Below, in pieces: positions 1 to 8,656 of a stretch of DNA of 64,000 nt (positions within the stretch are counted from its first letter, which is position 1; each line of letters opens with the position of its first letter). The translations under genes were made by a program, and so were the position numbers. Location: the sequence record NC_014662.1; one strand, 5' to 3'. The stretch comes from Enterobacter phage CC31. The notes beneath the pieces are model-generated. The model did not search any database and was not told where the DNA came from. It worked only from the letters and a program-made list of their open reading frames with translations.

Positions 1-2214
1 TTACTCATCTTCATCTTTACCTTTTAAGGAAGGAGCGCTTTCCAGCGCTCTCATAATACGGGAAATATCATCAGCATAATTAGCTACACGCCATTCGTTT
101 AGCATATGCTCGATGACAGGATATTCTTTCTCAAACTTTTTGAATGCAGCATCTACTTCAGCTGAAGCAGCATCCGTGAGTTTATTATAAATCCGAACAC
201 ATAAAGCTAAATCTTCACGAATCTGTGAAGAACCATCAGGACTTGCCGTGATATAAGTGTTCTTCAGATTGCGTCCGATTTCATTGATACGAGATACTCG
301 CTCACCGTTATCTTTGCCAGTAATGAACTTCAGAAGCCACTTTAACTCAGGAGTATTGATGATGTTACTTACAACACGGCGGTTAAAGAATGTTGATGGC
401 AAATATTCATCAGCATCCAGGTCGTCAATAATCTTGATGAATTCATCAACAATGAAACGGTCCAACGATTCAAGATTATCATTCAATTTAGCAACCTTGG
501 CTGAGTTTGGACGAATAACGTAGAACTCAGTTACGCCCAGTTCTTTAGCCAAAGTTCTGATAGTTTCAATATCAATTCCAGACCAGTACAGCTCTTCAGG
601 GAACGTACGAATCTCATCGCGTGAACGGAAAATTGCATAACCTTCAAGTTCCGCAATATCGTCCTTGTTCATAAATAAGTCTTCAGAAGTCCACCAACCA
701 CCTTTAGCATCTAACTTATGCAATTGGCCGTTCGGAGATTTTGGACGTGGTCCACCATCACCTTTAGATGAGTTTGAGTAATGCTCTTTTTCAAACTTAC
801 GGTATTCTTCCATCTCAGAAGACTTCAGAACAACAACTTCATCTTGGTCAAACAGTTTGATAATTTCATCTTTAATTTCAAGATGTTTAGGGTCTTCTGG
901 GTCAATCATGATAAAACGCTGATATCGGTGGAAGTCTTTCAAATACATTCCACGGAACATTGCTGCGCGGCGAGATGGCTTGTCATCAATCATGATATGA
1001 ACTTTATTCTGCTGAACATTAAGCAGATTTGAAACTGAAGTACGCTTTCTCGTTGACCAAGAACTCGTAAGACGCATACGCTCAGCATCCAGGTTCACAA
1101 GATAAGTGTAAACCATTGAAGACTCAATTTTCTTCTGAAGTTCATTGATGTTATAAGTTTCAACCCATTCGCCATAAGTCTTATCACCAAACATGATGTT
1201 CTGGCGATTCAGAATAGCACGTTGGTTTGAATCAAATTGAGACAGCTGACGAACTAGCTCACGCTTATTCTCAATAGACTGAAGATGTGCAATATCAGCT
1301 TCAAGAGTAGCTTTTTCTAAGCTGTTAACACGTTTCTTGATGTTCTCAATTGTAACATCGTCCAGTGAAAGTTCTTCACGAGATGGAGTGATATCCAATT
1401 CACCCAGAGGGAAATTGACGTAAACACATCCATAACGATTCAGAAGCCAAGAACATTCAAGACCCTGGAATTGGTCAATCGGATAAACAATCTTACCGTA
1501 AACCGCATACAGACCACGAGAATCTTTTCCAAATCCATTAGGAGAATGGAACCACTCTACATCTTGTGGGAAAGAGTCAATGTTAATGCTTGCGCCAGTA
1601 ATGATTGGTTTAACTGGCATTGGACGCATTACATAAGCAATTTCATGCGCAAATTTTTCTACATCTTCAAGACGAACAGGAACCGTAATTTCAATACCAG
1701 TCTGCTCACCTTCTTTCATTGGCTCAACAAACAGAGGACGAATATCAGGTTCACCATTGTTCATCACAGCCATGTAACCACGAGCTTCACCGTCATGATA
1801 AGAAACAATAGTGAAGGACTTAGTGTAGCTGAACGGAGATTTTGAACCAAGACCCAGAGCACCGATGAAATCGTTACTTTCAGCTTTTGTCGAAGCAAAG
1901 TAGCTATTGTACAGACCGGGTTCTTCGTCATTACCACGAATCTGGAAATCACTCATACCAGGACCAAAGTCACGAATAATGAAACGCGGGTCTAACTTAT
2001 TCGGACACTTGATTTCGCATGGAACATCTTGCTTTCCGTTCAGAATGTGAGCATCAAGCCAGTTAGTTGTAAGCTCACGAACAACAGCACGGATTTTGTT
2101 CTTATAGAGCTTATCAGACAAAATCATAAAGGCCTTGGGAGAGGCCTGAATGGTGAACTTAGTTTTCTTACCAGCAGAACCTAAAACTTCTTCATTATCA
2201 GCAATTAATTTCAT
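1..2214 (-). CDS. rIIA: rIIA protein (GHKL-type ATPase-like, membrane-associated)
   Basis: 737-aa ORF; N-terminus matches recalled T4 rIIA motifs (KIRAVVRELxxN, DFGPGMSDF, NSYFxSxKAESNDFIG, GLGSKSPF); ATG at 2212-2214, stop at window edge 1-3. Confidence 0.9.
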   Translation of the reverse strand: MKLIADNEEVLGSAGKKTKFTIQASPKAFMILSDKLYKNKIRAVVRELTTNWLDAHILNGKQDVPCEIKCPNKLDPRFIIRDFGPGMSDFQIRGNDEEPGLYNSYFASTKAESNDFIGALGLGSKSPFSYTKSFTIVSYHDGEARGYMAVMNNGEPDIRPLFVEPMKEGEQTGIEITVPVRLEDVEKFAHEIAYVMRPMPVKPIITGASINIDSFPQDVEWFHSPNGFGKDSRGLYAVYGKIVYPIDQFQGLECSWLLNRYGCVYVNFPLGELDITPSREELSLDDVTIENIKKRVNSLEKATLEADIAHLQSIENKRELVRQLSQFDSNQRAILNRQNIMFGDKTYGEWVETYNINELQKKIESSMVYTYLVNLDAERMRLTSSWSTRKRTSVSNLLNVQQNKVHIMIDDKPSRRAAMFRGMYLKDFHRYQRFIMIDPEDPKHLEIKDEIIKLFDQDEVVVLKSSEMEEYRKFEKEHYSNSSKGDGGPRPKSPNGQLHKLDAKGGWWTSEDLFMNKDDIAELEGYAIFRSRDEIRTFPEELYWSGIDIETIRTLAKELGVTEFYVIRPNSAKVAKLNDNLESLDRFIVDEFIKIIDDLDADEYLPSTFFNRRVVSNIINTPELKWLLKFITGKDNGERVSRINEIGRNLKNTYITASPDGSSQIREDLALCVRIYNKLTDAASAEVDAAFKKFEKEYPVIEHMLNEWRVANYADDISRIMRALESAPSLKGKDEDE

Positions 2215-2219
2215 ATCTC

Positions 2220-2426
2220 TCAGTCACAGTGTCGTTTTATAAGTTCAGCTACTTCAAGGAGTTCTTCCGCAGTAGCCGTATCGGTAGTAAAAATTTTATT
2301 ACGAATTTCTTTAAAGCGCTCTTTGAATTCTTCAGCCTCTCCGATGTCAAAGAAGCGTTGGATGATACGATACTCTTTGTAAACAGCATCGTCGAACAGT
2401 TCAGCAGAAGGTTTTAAAGTTAACAT
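2220..2426 (-). CDS. hypothetical protein at rIIA.1 position
   Basis: 68-aa charged ORF immediately upstream of rIIA, same strand. Confidence 0.55.
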   Translation of the reverse strand: MLTLKPSAELFDDAVYKEYRIIQRFFDIGEAEEFKERFKEIRNKIFTTDTATAEELLEVAELIKRHCD

Positions 2427-2704
2427 TTGATAGTTCCTATTGAGTTAAGGATTTTCGCCATTTGTTTTATTGTATACTTTTCTCGGCGATTGTAAACCAC
2501 CTTCAACGCGAACGTACGAAGGTTCATAGGAATGGTCTGGCGAGTTTCAATACAGTTGACAATATAATCTATTGCCTGTTTGAATTTAATGTGATAGGGG
2601 TCATCTGGCGAACCTCCATGCTCAGTGAGATGCCGTTCTCCGTTCTGTTTGATACATTCTGCCACGTTTTCAAGATTTACCAAAGTTCCATCATCAAGAA
2701 TCAT
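2420..2704 (-). CDS. hypothetical protein
   Basis: 94-aa ORF, minus strand, overlaps next gene by 7 nt. Confidence 0.5.
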   Translation of the reverse strand: MILDDGTLVNLENVAECIKQNGERHLTEHGGSPDDPYHIKFKQAIDYIVNCIETRQTIPMNLRTFALKVVYNRREKYTIKQMAKILNSIGTIKC

Positions 2705-2716
2705 CTGTTCACCTCA

Positions 2717-2743
2717 TAAAAATGGGACTCCCGAAGGAGTCCC
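2717..2743 (-). terminator. intrinsic terminator (GGGACTCC-UUCG-GGAGUCCC + U-run on minus strand)
   Basis: perfect 8-bp stem with 4-nt loop at 2724..2743, preceded on plus strand by an A-run (U-tail on minus transcript). Confidence 0.7.
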
Positions 2744-2749
2744 TAAGCA

Positions 2750-2905
2750 TTACCACGAAGCACGAGAAACAATGCCTGTGACTTTAGTATAAGAGCCGTT
2801 GGTATGTCTTACACGGATAGTGACAGTATCACCAGGGAGAGGCAGAGCATCTCCCCACATGTAGCCGTAACTTCCATCTACTAATGTTACCCAAATCTGC
2901 GACAT
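2750..2905 (-). CDS. small hypothetical protein (51 aa)
   Basis: ATG at 2903-2905 preceded by AGGAG; ends just before terminator hairpin; not in ORF track because under 60 aa. Confidence 0.35.
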   Translation of the reverse strand: MSQIWVTLVDGSYGYMWGDALPLPGDTVTIRVRHTNGSYTKVTGIVSRASW

Positions 2906-2944
2906 AATAGCTCCTTATTGTACCGGGCAAGACGCCCGATATAT

Positions 2945-4819
2945 TTATTCGCTCATCCACACTTTACGTGGAGCAGCGTCATCACCCATAACCATTTCGA
3001 AGAGTTCTTTCCAGTTTTCAGGAAGAGAAACTACATCATAATGAGGTTCTTGGATTACTCGCTCATATTCATCTTCTTCCAAAGAACCCAGTCCTTTGAT
3101 GTAACGAAGTTTCCAACCAGCAAGTTCATCTTTTTCCGCTTCATATTCAGCGGCGGTGTAATACCACTTCTGTTTGTCTCCTTTACTCATAATGATAACA
3201 GGAGTTTTGACGAAGCGAATTCGGCCTTCTTCAAACAGACGAGGCCAATTACTGAAGAATGCCAGAAGACTTGGATAGATTGAACCTGTTCCGTCAACAT
3301 CCGCATCTGTCATGATAGCGATGTTTTTGTAGTTCAGATTTTCATAATCTTCACCAATAGTCAATCCAGTGATTGCGCAGATGTCGAAGACCTCTTTGTT
3401 CTTCATTGCTTCTGCTGCGGTCATTCCCCACGTATTCAGGAACTTACCGCGAAGTGGATAACCACCATGAAGTTTACGGTCACGAGTAGTCAGAAGATAA
3501 CCAATTGCAGAATCACCTTCTGTTAAGAACAGAGTGGTTTCTTCTTTATCATTACCATAAAGTTCTGGCTTAATATGTTTAGCAACCTTAGCTTTTGAAG
3601 CAGCTTTTGCAGCTTTAGTTTCAGCAGCTTTTTCTGCCGCCAATTTACGAGCCAGCATAGCTTCAATAATTGGCATATGAATTGCTTCGGACTTCATAAC
3701 TTGTTGAGCAAGTTTTTTGTAGTCCAAGTTCAAATGAGCTTTAACTTCACCCCATGGAGATGTCAGACGTTCTTTAGTCTGAGAATCAAATCGCATGTTG
3801 CTCATATCACGAACGAACATCACGAAAGTAAAACACTCTTTGATACGAGCCTTGTTTACTTCCAGTTTGTACTTACGTTTGAGCATTGGGATGAGTTCAT
3901 TTGACAATTCGTCAACAACCAAATCCACATGAGAACCACCCTTAGAAGTATGGATGTTGTTCACATAAGTCAGTTGGCGGAAACCATCATCTGAACGACC
4001 AATTGCAATTGAACAATTATCTTCATCAGCTACAATAGCTTCTTCATCAAATTGCTTAGCGAATTTCTTGAATCCGCCATTGACTTTTTTGCCTTGGAAT
4101 TTGAATTCAATATCCGGGAATACTACCGCCAGAGTTTGAAGACGGTCCAAAACAATTGATTCATCTACTTCTGTAAGTCCTGAACTTTCAAAGTGACTGA
4201 AGTCAGGAATGAACGATACTCGAGTTCCGGTCTTGGTTTGAATGAACTCTTTTTCCTTTGCTGGCTTACTATCCCAAGAGATATTCTCAGCCCCATTAGA
4301 GCATCGGACGATAATTTCATTCTGGCCGTCACAAGTAGCTCCTGCAAAAGTCACAGAGAAAATATTAGTCAATGCAGAACCAACACCGTTCATACCACCA
4401 GTTTTACGTTCAGCATCATCACCAAAGTTACCACCAGCGCGTGGACGAGTCCAAGCAGCTACTGGTCCAGGAATTTCATCTCCTTCAGGAGTAACTACTG
4501 GAGCTTGTGGAAGACCACGACCATTATCTGTTACGATAACTTTATTGCCTTTAAGCTCAACAGAAATTTTATTTGCAAACTTGAAGTTGGTACGAATTGC
4601 TTCATCGACTGAGTTATCAATGATTTCGTCAATCAGCTTGATTACACCCGGAACGTAAGTTACACTTTGGAATTTACCAAACAGAAAACGTTCGTGAGCT
4701 TCCATAGCTGAAGAGCCGATGTACATACCAGAGCGCTTAATGATATGCTCTCGGTCTGACAGAATTTTAATTTCGTTCTTAATCATCATTTGTCCTCGTT
4801 TAGGTGAACATTCTATCAA
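2945..4819 (-). CDS. 39: DNA topoisomerase II large subunit (GyrB-like ATPase; gp39/gp60-type fused form)
   Basis: 624 aa; N-terminus MIKNEIKILSD...RSGMYIGS and motifs DNGRGLP, GGMNGVGS, EGDSAIGY, IMTDADVDG match recalled T4 gp39 and continue through the gp60-equivalent C-terminus without interruption. Confidence 0.92.
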   Translation of the reverse strand: MIECSPKRGQMMIKNEIKILSDREHIIKRSGMYIGSSAMEAHERFLFGKFQSVTYVPGVIKLIDEIIDNSVDEAIRTNFKFANKISVELKGNKVIVTDNGRGLPQAPVVTPEGDEIPGPVAAWTRPRAGGNFGDDAERKTGGMNGVGSALTNIFSVTFAGATCDGQNEIIVRCSNGAENISWDSKPAKEKEFIQTKTGTRVSFIPDFSHFESSGLTEVDESIVLDRLQTLAVVFPDIEFKFQGKKVNGGFKKFAKQFDEEAIVADEDNCSIAIGRSDDGFRQLTYVNNIHTSKGGSHVDLVVDELSNELIPMLKRKYKLEVNKARIKECFTFVMFVRDMSNMRFDSQTKERLTSPWGEVKAHLNLDYKKLAQQVMKSEAIHMPIIEAMLARKLAAEKAAETKAAKAASKAKVAKHIKPELYGNDKEETTLFLTEGDSAIGYLLTTRDRKLHGGYPLRGKFLNTWGMTAAEAMKNKEVFDICAITGLTIGEDYENLNYKNIAIMTDADVDGTGSIYPSLLAFFSNWPRLFEEGRIRFVKTPVIIMSKGDKQKWYYTAAEYEAEKDELAGWKLRYIKGLGSLEEDEYERVIQEPHYDVVSLPENWKELFEMVMGDDAAPRKVWMSE

Positions 4820-4834
4820 CAGATTCTTAAAGCA

Positions 4835-5221
4835 TTATATCTGCGACAATTTTTCTTCAAGTTCAGCTTTATACTGCAGTAAATGGGTTTTAGCTTCTTC
4901 ACCGAAAATAGGATTATAACTTGGATTGTATGCAGCCCAGCGGGCAGAACTGTAAACCTTTTTATAGAACTTATGGCGCACTTCACGAGAATTCGTATAT
5001 GCGTATATATCAATACCATAATATGCTTCGCACTCATAGCTTCCATCTTCATTTTGATGAACATGCTCATGACGAATCTCATAATACTTTTCAAGCCAAA
5101 TATAGCTTCCATCGACTATACGGGTAGGCCATAAAGCAAACTTCCAGCGCCCAAGTGCACTGTTCACAATTTTGAGTTGCTTGAGCAAATTTTTATGCTC
5201 TACTGTTAATCCAAATCTCAT
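4835..5221 (-). CDS. hypothetical protein
   Basis: ATG at 5219-5221 with GGAGA RBS; the longer track ORF (to 5302) reads through the terminator hairpin and is rejected. Confidence 0.55.
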   Translation of the reverse strand: MRFGLTVEHKNLLKQLKIVNSALGRWKFALWPTRIVDGSYIWLEKYYEIRHEHVHQNEDGSYECEAYYGIDIYAYTNSREVRHKFYKKVYSSARWAAYNPSYNPIFGEEAKTHLLQYKAELEEKLSQI

Positions 5222-5246
5222 AATGTTCTCCTCTTTTGGTAGAGCT

Positions 5247-5276
5247 ATTTTATCATACTTTGTAGAGAAAGTAAAC
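5247..5276 (-). promoter_or_regulatory. putative T4-type early promoter (GTTTAC -35, A/T-rich -10)
   Basis: minus strand GTTTAC (plus 5271-5276) about 18 nt upstream of TAAAAT, then RBS and ATG at 5221. Confidence 0.35.
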
Positions 5277-5280
5277 AACA

Positions 5281-5298
5281 AAGGGCCCGAAGGCCCTT
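5281..5298 (-). terminator. intrinsic terminator hairpin AAGGGCC-UUCG-GGCCCUU
   Basis: perfect 7-bp stem plus tetraloop directly after stop of the 5302..6837 gene; same 18-mer recurs at 34240 and nearly at 28043. Confidence 0.7.
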
Positions 5299-5301
5299 TC
5301 A

Positions 5302-6837
5302 TTATACTTTACCTTGCAGAACGTTAGTGAACTGCGAACCACGCCAGAAGTAACCTTGGTCATTCGGATGGACGTTATCATTTGAGGTGTACAGATTTGC
5401 GTTCTCTGCAGTAACCCAACCTTTAACATCTACGAACTCTAAGTTCAACTCAGTAGTAAGTTCAATCAGTGCATCACGAACTGCCGCGATTTGGTCAGTC
5501 ATTCCAAGAGGAGTTGCCGGTCCAAACACGATAATTTTAGCTGCAGGTTGATATTGCTTAATCAGAGCAATTGACTCTCTGAAGTTAGTTTTAAGCAAAT
5601 CAATTCTACCAGCCGGAGCATCGTTATAGCCTAAAGCTAAAGTGATGATATCCGGAGTGAAACTCAGAGTTGCAAGCTTAGCCGTGATACGAGCTTGAGG
5701 CTGAGTTGAGCTTGTTGAAGTCCAACCAGAACCACCGATGCCATCAGCTAATCCGACTAAACCAAGCTTATCACAATAGAAACGGAAATCGTTGAACGAT
5801 GCTTGAGTTGCCATTGTACCGAAGGTGTAAGAGTCACCAAGCTGCCAAATCATCTTAGCTGGACGAGTAATTGCAGTGATAGTTTTTCCAGTGTCTACAT
5901 AAATTCCGCCAAAGGCAGTATTCACGCCAACAAGAGAATATTCACGCATTTGCTCAACACCGTTCCAATCTATGCTATAGATGTAAACTGCACCAGACGA
6001 ATCAGTAGTGACTGAAGTTGCAGAAATACGTTGTCCATCTACATAAAGGTCATACTTGGAGTTATTCCCGGCGAGTTTGAAATCAATTTTGCTTGAATCA
6101 GTTTTGAAATTAACTCGACATTGAGTTCCGTTGCCAGTACCATTTCCTCTGAAACCAGAAACAGCGTCCTTGATGTCAGAACCCCAATAAGTGATTTTAG
6201 CATCAGTACGAGCAATTGTTACGCCAGCATAAATTGTTGAAGCTACACCAGCGTTGGTCGTTACAGTGAATTTAGCGCCTGTACCAGTACCACCTGTTGC
6301 TGAAATTTCACCAGTAGGAGCAGTTGCATATACACCAGGTTTACGAACTTGAGTAGTCGTAATTTCGCCATTACTACCAACAGCCGTTACACGGATTTGT
6401 CCATTAACATCACCAGTGGCTCCAGGAATATCCAAAATATCACCGAATGTATATCCAGTGCCACCTGAAACTAAAGTAGCATTTCCAGAAATACCTACGC
6501 CCTTAATAAGCTTTTGCGTTGGTGGATTTGACATTACTGCAACTGGTTGAAGCATTGGCCCTAATGGTGGTTGAGGGTCTGGACCATCTACTGTATATTC
6601 GCTTAAAGTATATTGATATCCATTTCTAGACTCAATGAAATTAACTTCACCGTAGTCTACATAAGCTTGTTTGAGAGTATCAATTTGAAGTGCATATTGA
6701 GGGTCAGCGTATTCACGCCAGTCTTTACCTTCTTCCTTGGCTTTAATAAGGATGTTGTGAATCCACCAAGGAAGGTAAAGGAAGCTTGTGTTACGCCACG
6801 GAATAGGATGTACCGTGGTCCAAATATCTGTAGCCAT
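5302..6837 (-). CDS. SGNH/GDSL-family hydrolase (esterase) with Gly/Thr-rich beta-type N-terminal domain
   Basis: 511 aa; C-terminal GDSYTFG (catalytic Ser block), LALGYNDA, DNVHPNDQGY (Asp-x-x-His block); N-terminal half rich in G/T/S repeats; strong AAGGAGA RBS before ATG at 6837. Confidence 0.7.
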   Translation of the reverse strand: MATDIWTTVHPIPWRNTSFLYLPWWIHNILIKAKEEGKDWREYADPQYALQIDTLKQAYVDYGEVNFIESRNGYQYTLSEYTVDGPDPQPPLGPMLQPVAVMSNPPTQKLIKGVGISGNATLVSGGTGYTFGDILDIPGATGDVNGQIRVTAVGSNGEITTTQVRKPGVYATAPTGEISATGGTGTGAKFTVTTNAGVASTIYAGVTIARTDAKITYWGSDIKDAVSGFRGNGTGNGTQCRVNFKTDSSKIDFKLAGNNSKYDLYVDGQRISATSVTTDSSGAVYIYSIDWNGVEQMREYSLVGVNTAFGGIYVDTGKTITAITRPAKMIWQLGDSYTFGTMATQASFNDFRFYCDKLGLVGLADGIGGSGWTSTSSTQPQARITAKLATLSFTPDIITLALGYNDAPAGRIDLLKTNFRESIALIKQYQPAAKIIVFGPATPLGMTDQIAAVRDALIELTTELNLEFVDVKGWVTAENANLYTSNDNVHPNDQGYFWRGSQFTNVLQGKV

Positions 6838-6869
6838 AATGTTCTCCTTATAGTCTACAGATATTTATT

Positions 6870-7130
6870 TTATTCAAACCTGATAGTTGAATTTTTGAAC
6901 AGAATACCAGAACAAACAGCGCCTTCTACTTTAACACCAGTAGGGCCTACTGCTTTAAATCCAGTAGATTGAGTATCTTTTTCTGAGCAGGAGAACCAAG
7001 AATAACCAGTGATTTCAATATTGCTGAAACCATTTGCTTCAAGAATACGAGTAGCATTATCTGCGTCAGTGCATCCAGCTACGCCAAAAGCAAATAAAGC
7101 GGCTACAATAGCACGATTGATATATTTCAT
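6870..7130 (-). CDS. putative lipoprotein
   Basis: 86 aa; N-terminal signal with lipobox FGVAGC. Confidence 0.55.
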   Translation of the reverse strand: MKYINRAIVAALFAFGVAGCTDADNATRILEANGFSNIEITGYSWFSCSEKDTQSTGFKAVGPTGVKVEGAVCSGILFKNSTIRFE

Positions 7131-7222
7131 TTCTTAGTCACCTTAATAATTTTGCCGCTATGAAGTTTAATAACCCGGCTTTCGCCGGATTTCATAAAAC
7201 GAATACGTGGACGAGTACCCAT
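7127..7222 (-). CDS. small basic hypothetical protein (31 aa)
   Basis: ATG overlaps stop of upstream Zn-ribbon gene (TAATG); translation MGTRPRIRFMKSGESRVIKLHSGKIIKVTKK. Confidence 0.3.
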   Translation of the reverse strand: MGTRPRIRFMKSGESRVIKLHSGKIIKVTKK

Positions 7223-7398
7223 TAATAATCACCACTCTTAAGTCCGTCATAATGAACCGCCGGAGCAGAAACTACTCGTTTCATTTCGCCTTCACAGTTC
7301 AAGAATTTGCACGGCTGTGGATTATCTCGCTCAGAAATTTTAACATTCTTTTCTGATTTTTCACCGCAAGCTTCACACTGATAATCATATAATGGCAT
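7222..7398 (-). CDS. FmdB-family-like zinc-ribbon protein (58 aa)
   Basis: hand translation MPLYDYQCEACGE...CKFLNCEGEMKRVVSAP; two CxxC pairs; GGAGG RBS 6 nt upstream of ATG at 7396-7398. Confidence 0.5.
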   Translation of the reverse strand: MPLYDYQCEACGEKSEKNVKISERDNPQPCKFLNCEGEMKRVVSAPAVHYDGLKSGDY

Positions 7399-7720
7399 TG
7401 ACAGCCTCCGACCACTTTTTAGTTTTAAGACGAAGTTGACGATTTAACTCTTCAGTAACTGCAAGAGCAACTTCTTCATGAGAAGCTCCGTCCATTTTAT
7501 CACGCATATGCAGCCAAAGAGCATCGATTACGCAATTAATTACATCTGCGCATTCGCCAGCGAAGATTTCTTTCTGACGATGAGGACGATTAATCCAATC
7601 GCACATTTCACCAGTTTCAGAAGAAAGCTGCAACATAACAGATGTGATGTTGCGCCATGGTTTATTTTCAGTGTATCTAGCAGATACTTGGAGTACTGGA
7701 GTGATATCTAATACTTGCAT
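7385..7720 (-). CDS. hypothetical protein (weak MazG-like resemblance)
   Basis: start placed at ATG 7718-7720 overlapping upstream stop (TAATG); motif EIFAGECADVINCVIDAL loosely resembles MazG/HisE helix. Confidence 0.5.
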   Translation of the reverse strand: MQVLDITPVLQVSARYTENKPWRNITSVMLQLSSETGEMCDWINRPHRQKEIFAGECADVINCVIDALWLHMRDKMDGASHEEVALAVTEELNRQLRLKTKKWSEAVNAII

Positions 7721-8409
7721 TATTTCTTCCATTTCATAGTTTGAAGAATTTCAATAGCTTTCTTGCGTTCAGCTTCGCTTTCGATTTTGAACACCATCAC
7801 GCCTTCAACTTCTGCATTCCACTCTTCTGGTTCTTCTGGTTCTTTGATAGCAGCAATCTGCTCATCCAAAGATTCCATACTGCAAATTGGACTATACTCT
7901 TCATAGTCATCTTCTGAAATTACTTTAAAGTAACGATATTCACCAGGAGTGAAAGTGATTTTCATCTTAGCTGTGTAGCCATCGTTGTGAATGTATTCAA
8001 TTTCTAAAGTGCGTTCACAGTCGTTCATCATCTTAGAAACTTTGAACACTTTAGTTCCAACTTCTCTGACAAAGCGAGAGTTAATTGAAGACGCTCCGAC
8101 AGCACTGAGATTAATGCATTTGTACACTACTCCTGCACGCCAGCTTCCGCCACCAGTTACATCTTCGAAGTATTCACGTTCATCTGCAGTGATATAGAAT
8201 CCGTCCCAAGATGTTTCACCAGTTCCTTCAAAACGGACCTTAACTGCTGAATCACCGTTACAATCTTCTTGTACTTCAAGAACGGTGAATTCAGGACCCT
8301 TAGATTTGATATCATCTAAAAGTCTTTCGTTATGAAAACTCTGAGATAAGAACCACTGCTCGTTTTCTTCCGGCAGACGATAAGTACGACCTTTAATGAA
8401 ATTAGGCAT
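7720..8409 (-). CDS. hypothetical acidic protein
   Basis: 229 aa from ATG 8407-8409, 3 nt after stop of upstream gene; longer track ORF rejected as 5-prime extension. Confidence 0.55.
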   Translation of the reverse strand: MPNFIKGRTYRLPEENEQWFLSQSFHNERLLDDIKSKGPEFTVLEVQEDCNGDSAVKVRFEGTGETSWDGFYITADEREYFEDVTGGGSWRAGVVYKCINLSAVGASSINSRFVREVGTKVFKVSKMMNDCERTLEIEYIHNDGYTAKMKITFTPGEYRYFKVISEDDYEEYSPICSMESLDEQIAAIKEPEEPEEWNAEVEGVMVFKIESEAERKKAIEILQTMKWKK

Positions 8410-8626
8410 TATAAGTTTCCTTCCAGTATTCTGTGCCATCATCAGAGATTTGACGGAACATACCATAGATTGGCAGAGTGTCACCAACATTTTCATAAAC
8501 ATAAGCGATTTGAGTATGCTCAAGGTGACCCGCAACATCTTTCTGAACTACTACTAAGTCCGGGTTGTACAGAGTATCTTCAAATTCGTCACGAGTGATA
8601 CCGGTAATGATAGGTTGGTTTTTCAT
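8402..8626 (-). CDS. hypothetical protein
   Basis: 74-aa ORF directly downstream of early promoter. Confidence 0.5.
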   Translation of the reverse strand: MKNQPIITGITRDEFEDTLYNPDLVVVQKDVAGHLEHTQIAYVYENVGDTLPIYGMFRQISDDGTEYWKETYNA

Positions 8627-8656
8627 GATTTTTTCCTCATTAGTTTTGATAGGGCT

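Noticed and set aside
257-523. Plus-strand ORFs throughout the window (e.g. 257..523, 781..1032, 4193..4612, 9356..9682, 29224..29724, 35187..35753, 63686..63979)
   Set aside because: Each lies antisense inside a well-supported minus-strand gene (rIIA, topoisomerase, dexA, gp44, gp56, internal protein etc.), has low-complexity or hydrophobic junk translation and no RBS; T4-like early regions are transcribed from one strand.
4835-5302. Long forms of several track ORFs starting at upstream TTG/ATG (4835..5302, 7720..8538, 12682..13323, 46613..47467, 49621..50688, 51357..51692, 56099..56635, 57013..57396, 58609..59208)
   Set aside because: The N-terminal extensions read through terminator hairpins or promoter elements or deep into the preceding gene and lack an RBS; shorter starts with SD sequences or stop-start overlap were preferred.
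7385-7720. Calling the 111-aa ORF a MazG-type pyrophosphatase
   Set aside because: Only a short helix resembles the MazG EExxE/ELGD region; too weak to assert without a profile search, so left as hypothetical.
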